Shown one piece after another: positions 1 to 11,397 of a stretch of 42,883 nucleotides of DNA. The position numbers were made by a program, and so were the translations under genes. The stretch covers positions 1-42,883 of the forward strand of contig NEEC01000238.1 of the NCBI GenBank assembly GCA_002189035.1, given 5' to 3'. Source of the DNA: Utricularia gibba (lineage: Eukaryota > Plantae > Magnoliophyta). Each line of letters starts with the position of its first letter. Position 1 is the stretch's first letter. A model generated the notes under the pieces. It was not told where the DNA came from, did not search any database, and saw only the letters and a program-made list of their open reading frames with translations.

Positions 1-310
1 TGCGGTTGAGAAAACCATTTTGGGTGCTCATGAATCCTAACTTCAATAACTGCATCACGATTTTCGTCGAGTAGGACCCGATGTGGCAAAGGAGTCAGAC
101 CGAACCTTGGTCAGAACGAAGTTCACAAAGACATCACCGCCCAAAAACGACAAGCTTTTCCTTGAGAAACCATGTAGGCAGCCTATTAAAACCAACGTTA
201 ATAAATGCATCAAGTTTTTTGCCGAGCTACAAATGACTATGGGCCCGAGCTCGACTCGACCTCCTACTCGATACCGTTGCCCCACGAGAGCGCCTATCAA
301 ATATAAAGCA
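1..310 (+). repeat. Representative monomer, composed of two diverged ~155-bp subunits (6-161 and 162-315)
   Basis: TTGAGAAAACCAT at 6 pairs with TTGAGAAA(A)CCAT at 162. AATAACTGCATCACGATTTT at 45 pairs with AATAAATGCATCAAGTTTTT at 200. The offsets are 156 and 155 bp, and the remaining parts of the two halves align loosely. Confidence 0.9.
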
Positions 311-3300
311 TGCGGTTGAGAAAACCATTTTGGGTGCTCATGAATCCTAACTTCAATAACTGCATCACGATTTTCGTCGAGTAGGACCCGATGTGGCAAA
401 GGAGTCAGACCGAACCTTGGGTCAGAACGAAGTTCAACGACATCACCCGCCCAGAAACGACAAGCTTTTCCTTGAGAAACATGTAGGCAGCCTATAAAAC
501 CAACGTTAATAAATGCATCAATTTTTTGCGGGCTACAAATGACTCTGGGAGCGAGCCGACTCGACCTTTGCCCGATACCGTGCCCCACTAGAGCGCCTCC
601 TCAAATATAAAGCATGCGGTTGAGAAAACATTTTGGGTGCTCATGAAATCCTAACTTCAATAACTGCATCACGATTTTCGTCGAGTAGGACCCGATGTGG
701 CAAAGGAGTCAGACCGAACCTTGGTCAGAACGAAGTTCCCAACGACATCACCGCCCAGAAAACGACAAGCTTTTCCTTGAGAAACTATGTAGGCAGCCTA
801 TTAAACCAACGTTAATAAATGCATCAATTTTTTTTGCCGGGCTACAAATGACTCTGGGCCCGAGCTCGACTCGACCTCCTGCTCGATACCGTTGCCCCAC
901 GAGAGTGCCTTATCAAATATAAAGCATGCGGTTGAGAAAACCATTTTGGGTGCTCATGAATCCTAACTTCAATAACTGCATCACGATTTTCGTCGAGTAG
1001 GACCGATGTGGCAAAGGAGTCAGACCGAACCTATGGTCAGAACGAAGTTCCAAAAGACATCACCCGCCCAGAAACGACAAGCTTTTCCTTGAGAAACTAT
1101 GTAGGCAGCCTATAAAACCAACGTTAATAAATGCATCAATTTTTTGCCGGGCTACAAATGACTCTGGGCCGAGCTCGACTCGACCTCCTGCTCGATACCG
1201 TTGCCCCACGAGAGCGCCTTATCAAATATAAAGCATGCGGTTGAGAAAACATTTTGGGTGCTCATGAATCCTAACTTCAATAACTGCATCACGATTTTCG
1301 TCGAGTAGGACCCGATGTGGCAAAGGAGTCAGACCGAACCTTGGTCAGAACGAAGTTCCAAAAGACATCACCCGCCCAGAAACGACAAGCTTTTCCTTGA
1401 GAAACCATGTAGGCAGCCTATAAACCGAACGTTAATAAATGCATCAATTTTTTTTGCAGGCTACAAATGACTCTGGGCGAGCTCGACTCGACCTTTGCCC
1501 GATACCGTTGCCCCACTAGAGCGCCTCCTCAAATACAAAGCATGCGATTGAAAAACATTTTGGGTGCTCATGAAATCCTAACTTCAATAACTGCATCACG
1601 ATTTTCGTCGAGTAGGACCAGATTTGGCAAAGGAGACAGACCGAACCTTGGGTCAAACGAAGTTCACAACGACATCACCCGCCCAAAAACGACAAGCTTT
1701 TCCTTGAGAAAACCATTAGGCAGCCTATTAAAACCAACGTTAATAAATGCATCAAGTTTTTTGCCGAGCTACAAATGACTATGGGCCCGAGCTCGACTCG
1801 ACCTCCTACTCGATACCGTTGCCCCACGAGAGCACCTTATCAAATATAAAGCATGCGGTTGAGAAAACCATTTTGGGTGCTCATGAAATCCTAACTTCAA
1901 TAACTGCATCACGATTTTCGTCGAGTAGGACCCGATGTGGCAAAGGAGTCAGACCGAACCTATGGTCAGAACGAAGTTCCAAAAGACATCACCCGCCCAG
2001 AAACGACAAGCTTTTCCTTGAGAAACCATGTAGGCAGCCTATTAAAACCCAACGTTAATAAATGCATCAATTTTTTTGCGGCTAAAAATGACTCTGGGAG
2101 CGAGCCCGACTCGACCTTTTGCCGATACCGTGCCCCACTAGAGCGCCTCCTCAGCATGCGATTGACAAAAACATTTTGGGTGCTCATGAAATCCTAACTT
2201 CAATAACTGCATCACGATTTTCGTCGAGTAGGACCAGATTTGGCAAAGGAGACAGACCGAACCTTGGTCAGAACGAAGTTCCAACGACATCACCCGCCAA
2301 AAACGACAAGCTTTTCCTTGAGAAAACCATTGAGGCAGCCTATTAAAACCAAACGTTAATAAATGCATCAATTTTTTTGCCGGGCTACAAATGACTATGG
2401 GCCCGAGCTCGACTCGACCTCCTGCTCGATACCGTTGCCCCACGAGAGCGCCTTATCAAATATAAAGCATGCGGTTGAGAAAACCATTTTGGGTGCTCAT
2501 GAATCCTAACTTCAATAACTGCATCACGATTTTCGTCGAGTAGGACCCGATGTGGCAAAGGAGTCAGACCGAACCTTGGTCAGAACGAAGTTCCAACGAC
2601 ATCACCCGCCCAGAAACGACAAGCTTTTCCTTGAGAAACATGTAGGCAGCCTAATAAACCAACGTTAATAAATGCATCAATTTTTTTTTGCCGGGCTACA
2701 AATGACTCTGGGCCCGAGCTCGACTCGACCTCCTGCTCGATACCGTTGCCCCACGAGAGTGCCTTATCAAATATAAAGCATGCGGTTGAGAAAACCATTT
2801 TGGGTGCTCATGAATCCTAACTTCAATAACTGCATCACGATTTTCGTCGAGTAGGACCCGATGTGGCAAAGGAGTCAGACCGAACCTTGGTCAGAACGAA
2901 GTTCAAAAGACATCACCCGCCCAGAAACGACAAGCTTTTCCTTGAGAAACTATGTAGGCAGCCTAATAAAACCAACGTTAATAAATGCATCAATTTTTTT
3001 GCCGGGCTACAAATGACTCTGGGCCGAGCTCGACTCGACCTCCTGCTCGATACCGTTGCCCCACGAGAGCACCTTATCAAATATAAAGCATGCGGTTGAG
3101 AAAACCATTTTGGGTGCTCATGAATCCTAACTTCAATAACTGCATCACGATTTTCGTCGAGTAGGACCAGATTGGGCAAAGGAGACAGACCGAACCTTGG
3201 GTCAGAACGAAGTTCACAACGACATCACCCGCCCAAAAAACGACAAGCTTTTCCTTGAGAAACTTGAGGCAGCCTATTAAAACCAACGTTAATAAATGCA

Positions 3301-5569
3301 TCAAGTTTTTTGCCGAGCTACAAATGACTATGGGCCCGAGCTCGACTCGACCTCCTACTCGATACCGTTGCCCCACGAGAGCACTTATCAAATATAAAGC
3401 ATGCGGTTGAGAAAACCATTTTGGGTGCTCATGAAATCCTAACTTCAATAACTGCATCACGATTTTCGTCGAGTAGGACCCGATGTGGCAAAGGAGTCAG
3501 ACCGAACCTATGGTCAGAACGAAGTTCCAAAGACATCACCCGCCCAGAAACGACAAGCTTTTCCTTGAGAAACCATGTAGGCAGCCTATTAAAACCCAAC
3601 GTTAATAAATGCATCAATTTTTTTGAGGCTAAAATGACTCTGGGCGAGCCCGACTCGACCTTTTGCGATACCGTGCCCCACTAGAGCGCCTCCTCAAATA
3701 CAAAGCATGCGATTGAGAAAACATTTTGGGTGCTCATGAAATCCTAACTTCAATAACTGCATCACGATTTTCGTCGAGTAGGACCAGATTTGGCAAAGGA
3801 GACAGACCGAACCTTGGGTCAGAACGAAGTTCACAACGACATCACCCGCCAAAAACGACAAGCTTTTCCTTGAGAAAAATGAGGCAGCCTATTAAAACCA
3901 ACGTTAATAAATGCATCAAGTTTTTTGCCGAGCTACAAATGACTATGGGCCCGAGCTCGACTCGACCTCCTACTCGATACCGTTGCCCCACGAGAGCACC
4001 TTATCAAATATAAAGCATGCGGTTGAGAAAACCATTTTGGGTGCTCATGAAATCCTAACTTCAATAACTGCATCACGATTTTCGTCGAGTAGGACCCGAT
4101 GTGGCAAAGGAGTCAGACCGAACCTTGGTCAGAACGAAGTTCCAAAAGACATCACCCGCCCAGAAACGACAAGCTTTTCCTTGAGAAACCATGTAGGCAG
4201 CCTATTAAAACCAACGTTAATAAATGCATCAATTTTTTTTTGCCGGCTACAAATGACTCTGGGCGAGCTCGACTCGACCTCCTGCTCGATACCGTTGCCC
4301 CACGAGAGCGCCTTATCAAATATAAAGCATGCGGTTGAGAAAACCATTTTGGGTGCTCATGAATCCTAACTTCAATAACTGCATCACGATTTTCGTCGAG
4401 TAGGACCCGATTGGCAAAGGAGTCAGACCGAACCTTGGTCAGAACGAAGTTCCAAACGACATCACCCGCCCAAAACGACAAGCTTTTCCTTGAGAAACCA
4501 TTAGGCAGCCTATTAAAACCCAACGTTAATAAATGCATCAAGTTTTTTGCCGAGCTACAAATGACTATGGGCCCGAGCTCGACTCGACCTCCTACTCGAT
4601 ACCGTTGCCCCACGAGAGCACCTTATCAAATATAAAGCATGCGGTTGAGAAAACCATTTTGGGTGCTCATGAAATCCTAACTTCAATAACTGCATCACGA
4701 TTTTCGTCGAGTAGGACCCGATGTGGCAAAGGAGTCAGACCGAACCTTGGTCAGAACGAAGTTCCAAAGACATCACCCGCCCAGAAACGACAAGCTTTTC
4801 CTTGAGAAACCATGTAGGCAGCCTATTAAACCCAACGTTAATAAATGCATCAATTTTTTTGCAGGCTAAAAATGACTCTGGGCGAGCCCGACTCGACCTT
4901 TTGCTCGATACCGTGCCCCACTAGAGCGCCTCCTCAAATACAAAGCATGCGATTGAGAAAACATTTTGGGTGCTCATGAAATCCTAACTTCAATAACTGC
5001 ATCACGATTTTCGTCGAGTAGGACCGATTGGCAAAGGAGACAGACCGAACCTTGGGTCAGAACGAAGTTCACAACGACATCACCCGCCCAAAACGACAAG
5101 CTTTTCCTTGAGAAAACCATTGAGGCAGCCTATTAAAACCAACCGTTAATAAATGCATCAAGTTTTTTGCCGAGCTACAAATGACTATGGGCCCGAGCTC
5201 GACTCGACCTCCTACTCGATACCGTTGCCCCACGAGAGCACCTTATCAATATAAAGCATGCGGTTGAGAAAACCATTTTGGGTGCTCATGAAATCCTAAC
5301 TTCAATAACTGCATCACGATTTTCGTCGAGTAGGACCCGATGTGGCAAAGGAGTCAGACCGAACCTATGGTCAGAACGAAGTTCCAAAAGACATCACCCG
5401 CCCAGAAACGACAAGCTTTTCCTTGAGAAACCATGTAGGCAGCCTATTAAAACCCAACGTTAATAAATGCATCAATTTTTTGCCGGGCTAAAAATGACTC
5501 TGGGCGAGCTCGACTCGACCTTTTGCCGATACCGTTGCCCCACTAGAGCGCCTCCTCAAATATAAAGCA

Positions 5570-7119
5570 TGCGATTGAGAAAACATTTTGGGTGCTCATG
5601 AAATCCTAACTTCAATAACTGCATCACGATTTTCGTCGAGTAGGACCAGATTGGCAAAGGAGACAGACCGAACCTTGGTCAGAACGAAGTTCACAACGAC
5701 ATCACCCGCCCAAAAACGACAAGCTTTTCCTTGAGAAAACCATTGAGGCAGCCTATTAAAACCAACCGTTAATAAATGCATCAAGTTTTTTTGCCGAGCT
5801 ACAAATGACTATGGGCCCGAGCTCGACTCGACCTCCTACTCGATACCGTTGCCCCACGAGAGCACCTTATCAAATATAAAGCATGCGGTTGAGAAAACCA
5901 TTTTGGGTGCTCATGAATCCTAACTTCAATAACTGCATCACGATTTTCGTCGAGTAGGACCCGATGTGGCAAAGGAGTCAGACCGAACCTATGGTCAGAA
6001 CGAAGTTCCAAACGACATCACCCGCCCAAAACGACAAGCTTTTCCTTGAGAAACTATGTAGGCAGCCTAATAAAGCCAACGTTAATAAATGCATCAATTT
6101 TTTTTGCCGGCTACAAATGACTCTGGGCCGAGCTCGACTCGACCTCCTGCTCGATACCGTTGCCCACGAGAGCGCCTTATCAAATATAAAGCATGCGGTT
6201 GAGAAAACCATTTTGGGTGCTCATGAAATCCTAACTTCAATAACTGCATCACGATTTTCGTCGAGTAGGACCCGATGTGGCAAAGGAGTCAGACCGAACC
6301 TTGGTCAGAACGAAGTTCCAAAAGACATCACCCGCCAGAAACGACAAGCTTTTCCTTGAGAAACTATGTAGGCAGCCTAGCCAACGTTAATAAATGCATC
6401 AATTTTTTTGCCGGGCTACAAATGACTCTGGGCCGAGCTCGACTCGACCTCCTGCTCGATACCGTTGCCCCACGAGAGCGCCTTATCAAATATAAAGCAT
6501 GCGGTTGAGAAAAATTTTGGGTGCTCATGAATCCTAACTTCAATAACTGCATCACGATTTTCGTCGAGTAGGACCCGATTTGGCAAAGGAGACAGACCGA
6601 ACCTTGGGTCAGAACGAAGTTCACAACGACATCACCCGCCCAAAAACGACAAGCTTTTCCTTGAGAAAACCATTGAGGCAGCCTATTAAAACCAACGTTA
6701 ATAAATGCATCAAGTTTTTTGCCGAGCTACAAATGACTATGGGCCCGAGCTCGACTCGACCTCCTACTCGATACCGTTGCCCACGAGAGCACCTTATCAA
6801 ATATAAAGCATGCGGTTGAGAAAACCATTTTGGGTGCTCATGAAATCCTAACTTCAATAACTGCATCACGATTTTCGTCGAGTAGGACCCGATGTGGCAA
6901 AGGAGTCAGACCGAACCTATGGTCAGAACGAAGTTCCAAAAGACATCACCCGCCCAGAAACGACAAGCTTTTCCTTGAGAAACCATGTAGGCAGCCTATT
7001 AAACCCAACGTTAATAAATGCATCACTTTTTTGCAGGCTAAAATGACTCTGGGCCGAGCCCGACTCGACCTTTTGCCCGATACCGTGCCCCACTAGAGCG
7101 CCTCCTCAACTACAAAGCA
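5570..7119 (+). repeat. X-Z-Z-X-Y pentamer (a similar unit lies at 2157-3707)
   Basis: Five monomers (1550 and 1551 bp) lie between Y/X markers, with allele order X, Z, Z, X, Y. In the 2157 copy the first monomer is an X/Z hybrid. Confidence 0.7.
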
Positions 7120-10100
7120 TGCGATTGAAAAACATTTTGGGTGCTCATGAAATCCTAACTTCAATAACTGCATCACGATTTTCGTCGAGTAGGACCGATT
7201 TGGCAAAGGAGACAGACCGAACCTTGGTCAGAACGAAGTTCACAACGACATCACCGCCCAAAAACGACAAGCTTTTCCTTGAGAAAACCATTGAGGCAGC
7301 CTATTAAAACCAACGTTAATAAATGCATCAAGTTTTTTGCCGAGCTACAAATGACTATGGGCCCGAGCTCGACTCGACCTCCTGCTCGATACCGTTGCCC
7401 ACGAGAGCACCTTATCAAATATAAAGCATGCGGTTGAGAAAACCATTTTGGGTGCTCATGAAATCCTAACTTCAATAACTGCATCACGATTTTCGTCGAG
7501 TAGGACCCGATGTGGCAAAGGAGTCAGACCGAACCTATGGTCAGAACGAAGTTCCAAAAGACATCACCCCCAGAAACGACAAGCTTTTCCTTGAGAAACC
7601 ATGTAGGCAGCCTATTAAAACCCAACGTTAATAAATGCATCAATTTTTTTAAAATGACTCTGGGCGAGCCGACTCGACCTTTGCCCGATACCGTGCCCCA
7701 CGAGAGCGCCTCCTCAAATACAAAGCATGCGATTGACAAAAGCATTTTGGGTGCTCATGAATCCTAACTTCAATAACTGCATCGATTTTCGTCGAGTAGG
7801 ACCAGATTGGCAAAGGAGTCAGACCGAACCTTGGTCAGAACGAAGTTCACAACGACATCACCCGCCAAAAACGACAAGCTTTTCCTTGAGAAACCATTGA
7901 GGCAGCCTATTAAAACGTTAATAAATGCATCAAGTTTTTTGCCGAGCTACAAATGACTATGGGCCCGAGCTCGACTCGACCTCCTCTCGATACCGTTGCC
8001 CCACGAGAGCACCTTATCAAATATAAAGCATGCGGTTGAGAAAACCATTTTGGGTGCTCATGAAATCCTAACTTCAATAACTGCATCACGATTTTCGTCG
8101 AGTAGGACCCGATGTGGCAAAGGTCAGACCGAACCTTGGTCAGAACGAAGTTCACAACGACATCACCCGCCAAAACGACAAGCTTTTCCTTGAGAAACAT
8201 GTAGGCGCTATTAAAACCAACGTTAATAATGCATCAAGTTTTTTGCCGAGCTACAAATGACTATGGCCGAGCTCGACTCGAATACCGTTGCCCACGAGAG
8301 CCTTATCAATATAAAGCATGCGGTTGAGAAAACATTTTGGGTGCTCATGAATCCTAACTTCAATAACTGCATCACGATTTTCGTCGAGTAGGACCGATGT
8401 GGCAAAGGAGTCAGACCGAACCTTGGTCAGAACGAAGTTCCAAAAGACACCCGCCAGAAACGACAAGCTTTTCCTTGAGAAACTATGTAGGCAGCCTAAT
8501 AAAGCCGAACGTTAATAAATGCATCAATTTTTTTGCCGGCTACAAATGACTCTGGGCCGAGCTCGACTCGACCTCCTGCTCGATACCGTTGCCCCACGAG
8601 AGTGCCTTATCAAATATAAAGCATGCGGTTGAGAAAACCATTTGGGTGCTCATGAATCCTAACTTCAATAACTGCATCACGATTTTCGTCGAGTAGGACC
8701 GATGTGGCAAAGGAGTCAGACCGAACCTATGGTCAGAACGAAGTTCCAAAAGACATCACCCGCCCAGAAACGACAAGCTTTTCCTTGAGAAACCATGTAG
8801 GCAGCCTATTAAAACCCAACGTTAATAAATGCATCACTTTTTTTGCAGGCTAAAATGACTCTGGGCGAGCCGACTCGACCTATACCGTGCCCACTAGAGC
8901 GCCTCCTCAAATACAAAGCATGCGATTGAAAAACATTTTGGGTGCTCATGAAATCCTAACTTCAATAACTGCATCACGATTTTCGTCGAGTAGGACCAGA
9001 TTGGCAAAGGAGACAGACCGAACCTTGGTCAGAACGAAGTTCACAACGACATCACCCGCCCAAAAACGACAAGCTTTTCCTTGAGAAAACCATTGAGGCA
9101 GCCTATTAAAACCAACGTTAATAAATGCATCAAGTTTTTTGCCGAGCTACAAATGACTATGGGCCCGAGCTCGACTCGACCTCCTACTCGATACCGTTGC
9201 CCCACGAGAGCACTTATCAAATATAAAGCATGCGGTTGAGAAAACCATTTTGGGTGCTCATGAAATCCTAACTTCAATAACTGCATCACGATTTTCGTCG
9301 AGTAGGACCCGATGTGGCAAAGGAGTCAGACCGAACCTATGGTCAGAACGAAGTTCCAAAAGACATCACCCGCCCAGAAACGACAAGCTTTTCCTTGAGA
9401 AACCATGTAGGCAGCCTATTAAAACCCAACGTTAATAAATGCATCACTTTTTTTGACGGCTAAAAATGACTCTGGGCGAGCCCGACTCGACCTTTTGCCC
9501 GATACCGTGCCCCACTAGAGCGCCTCCTCAACTACAAAGCATGCGATTGAAAAAGCATTTTGGGTGCTCATGAAATCCTAACTTCAATAACTGCATCACG
9601 ATTTTCGTCGAGTAGGACCAGATTGGCAAAGGAGACAGACCGAACCTTGGGTCAGAACGAAGTTCACAACGACATCACCCGCCAAAAACGACAAGCTTTT
9701 CCTTGAGAAAACCATTGAGGCAGCCTATTAAAACCAACCGTTAATAAATGCATCAAGTTTTTTGCCGAGCTACAAATGACTATGGGCCCGAGCTCGACTC
9801 GACCTCCTGCTCGATACCGTTGCCCCACGAGAGCGCCTTATCAAATATAAAGCATGCGGTTGAGAAAACCATTTTGGGTGCTCATGAAATCCTAACTTCA
9901 ATAACTGCATCACGATTTTCGTCGAGTAGGACCCGATGTGGCAAAGGAGTCAGACCGAACCTATGGTCAGAACGAAGTTCCAAAAGACATCACCCGCCCA
10001 GAAACGACAAGCTTTTCCTTGAGAAACCATGTAGGCAGCCTATTAAAACCCAACGTTAATAAATGCATCAATTTTTTTGCCGGCTAAAAATGACTCTGGG

Positions 10101-10164
10101 CGAGCCCGACTCGACCTTTTGCCCGATACCGTGCCCACTAGAGCGCCTCCTCAACTACAAAGCA

Positions 10165-11397
10165 TGCGATTGACAAAAGCATTTTGGGTGCTCATGATCC
10201 TAACTTCAATAACTGCATCACGATTTTCGTCGAGTAGGACCAGATTTGGCAAAGGAGACAGACCGAACCTTGGGTCAGAACGAAGTTCACAACGACATCA
10301 CCCGCCAAAAACGACAAGCTTTTCCTTGAGAAAACCATTGAGGCAGCCTATTAAAACCAACCGTTAATAAATGCATCAAGTTTTTTGCCGAGCTACAAAT
10401 GACTATGGGCCCGAGCTCGACTCGACCTCCTACTCGATACCGTTGCCCCACGAGAGCCCTTATCAAATATAAAGCATGCGGTTGAGAAAACCATTTTGGG
10501 TGCTCATGAAATCCTAACTTCAATAACTGCATCACGATTTTCGTCGAGTAGGACCGATTTGGCAAAGGAGTCAGACCGAACCTTGGTCAGAACGAAGTTC
10601 CAACGACATCACCCGCCCAAAAACGACAAGCTTTTCCTTGAGAAAACCATGTAGGCAGCTATTAAAACCAACGTTAATAAATGCATCAAGTTTTTTTGCC
10701 GAGCTACAAATGACTATGGCCGAGCTCGACTCGACCTCCTGCTCGATACCGTTGCCCCACGAGAGTGCCTTATCAAATATAAAGCATGCGGTTGAGAAAA
10801 CCATTTTGGGTGCTCATGAATCCTAACTTCAATAACTGCATCACGATTTTCGTCGAGTAGGACCCGATGTGGCAAAGGAGTCAGACCGAACCTTGGTCAG
10901 AACGAAGTTCCAAAAGACATCACCCGCCCAGAAACGACAAGCTTTTCCTTGAGAAACCATGTAGGCAGCCTATTAAACCAACGTTAATAAATGCATCAAT
11001 TTTTTTGCCGGGCTACAAATGACTCTGGGCCCGAGCTCGACTCGACCTCCTGCTCGATACCGTTGCCCCACGAGAGTGCCTTATCAAATATAAAGCATGC
11101 GGTTGAGAAAACCATTTTGGGTGCTCATGAATCCTAACTTCAATAACTGCATCACGATTTTCGTCGAGTAGGACCCGATGTGGCAAAGGAGTCAGACCGA
11201 ACCTATGGTCAGAACGAAGTTCCAAAAGACATCACCCGCCCAGAAACGACAAGCTTTTCCTTGAGAAACCATGTAGGCAGCCTATTAAAACCCAACGTTA
11301 ATAAATGCATCACTTTTTTTGAGGCTAAAATGACTCTGGGCGAGCCCGACTCGACCTTTTGCCTGCCCCACTAGAGCGCCTCCTCAACTACAAAGCA
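10165..11397 (+). repeat. X-P-Z-Y tetramer (also at 7728-8920, 15443-16682 and 23147-24367)
   Basis: Four monomers lie between successive Y/X markers. The second has P alleles (shortened GGC(A)GCTATTAAAA with CAAGTTT; CCTGCTCG where not deleted), and the third has Z alleles (CAATTTT, GCCGGGCT/GCCGGCT, GACTC). Confidence 0.8.

Noticed and set aside
18-24. Degenerate plant telomere motifs (TTTTGGG, TGTAGGC, TCCTAAC) as an interstitial telomeric repeat
   Set aside because: These are isolated 7-mers with 1-2 mismatches and never occur in tandem, so they are too weak to annotate.
85-130. Pol III A-box/B-box-like pair (TGGCAAAGG ... GTTCACAAC/GTTCCAAAA), suggesting a tRNA or SINE origin
   Set aside because: Both boxes miss consensus positions (no GTTCRANNC), and I see no cloverleaf, poly-A tail or target-site duplication.
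302-307. TATAAA in most monomers as a promoter element
   Set aside because: It is a six-base AT motif with no downstream gene, it is mutated to TACAAA in Y monomers, and it is expected by chance.
28-314. Apparent excess of 6-bp palindromes (TCATGA, AAGCTT, AACGTT, ATGCAT, GGGCCC, GAGCTC, GCATGC)
   Set aside because: Seven were noticed against about five expected by chance in 310 bp, which is not significant. They are useful only as restriction markers.
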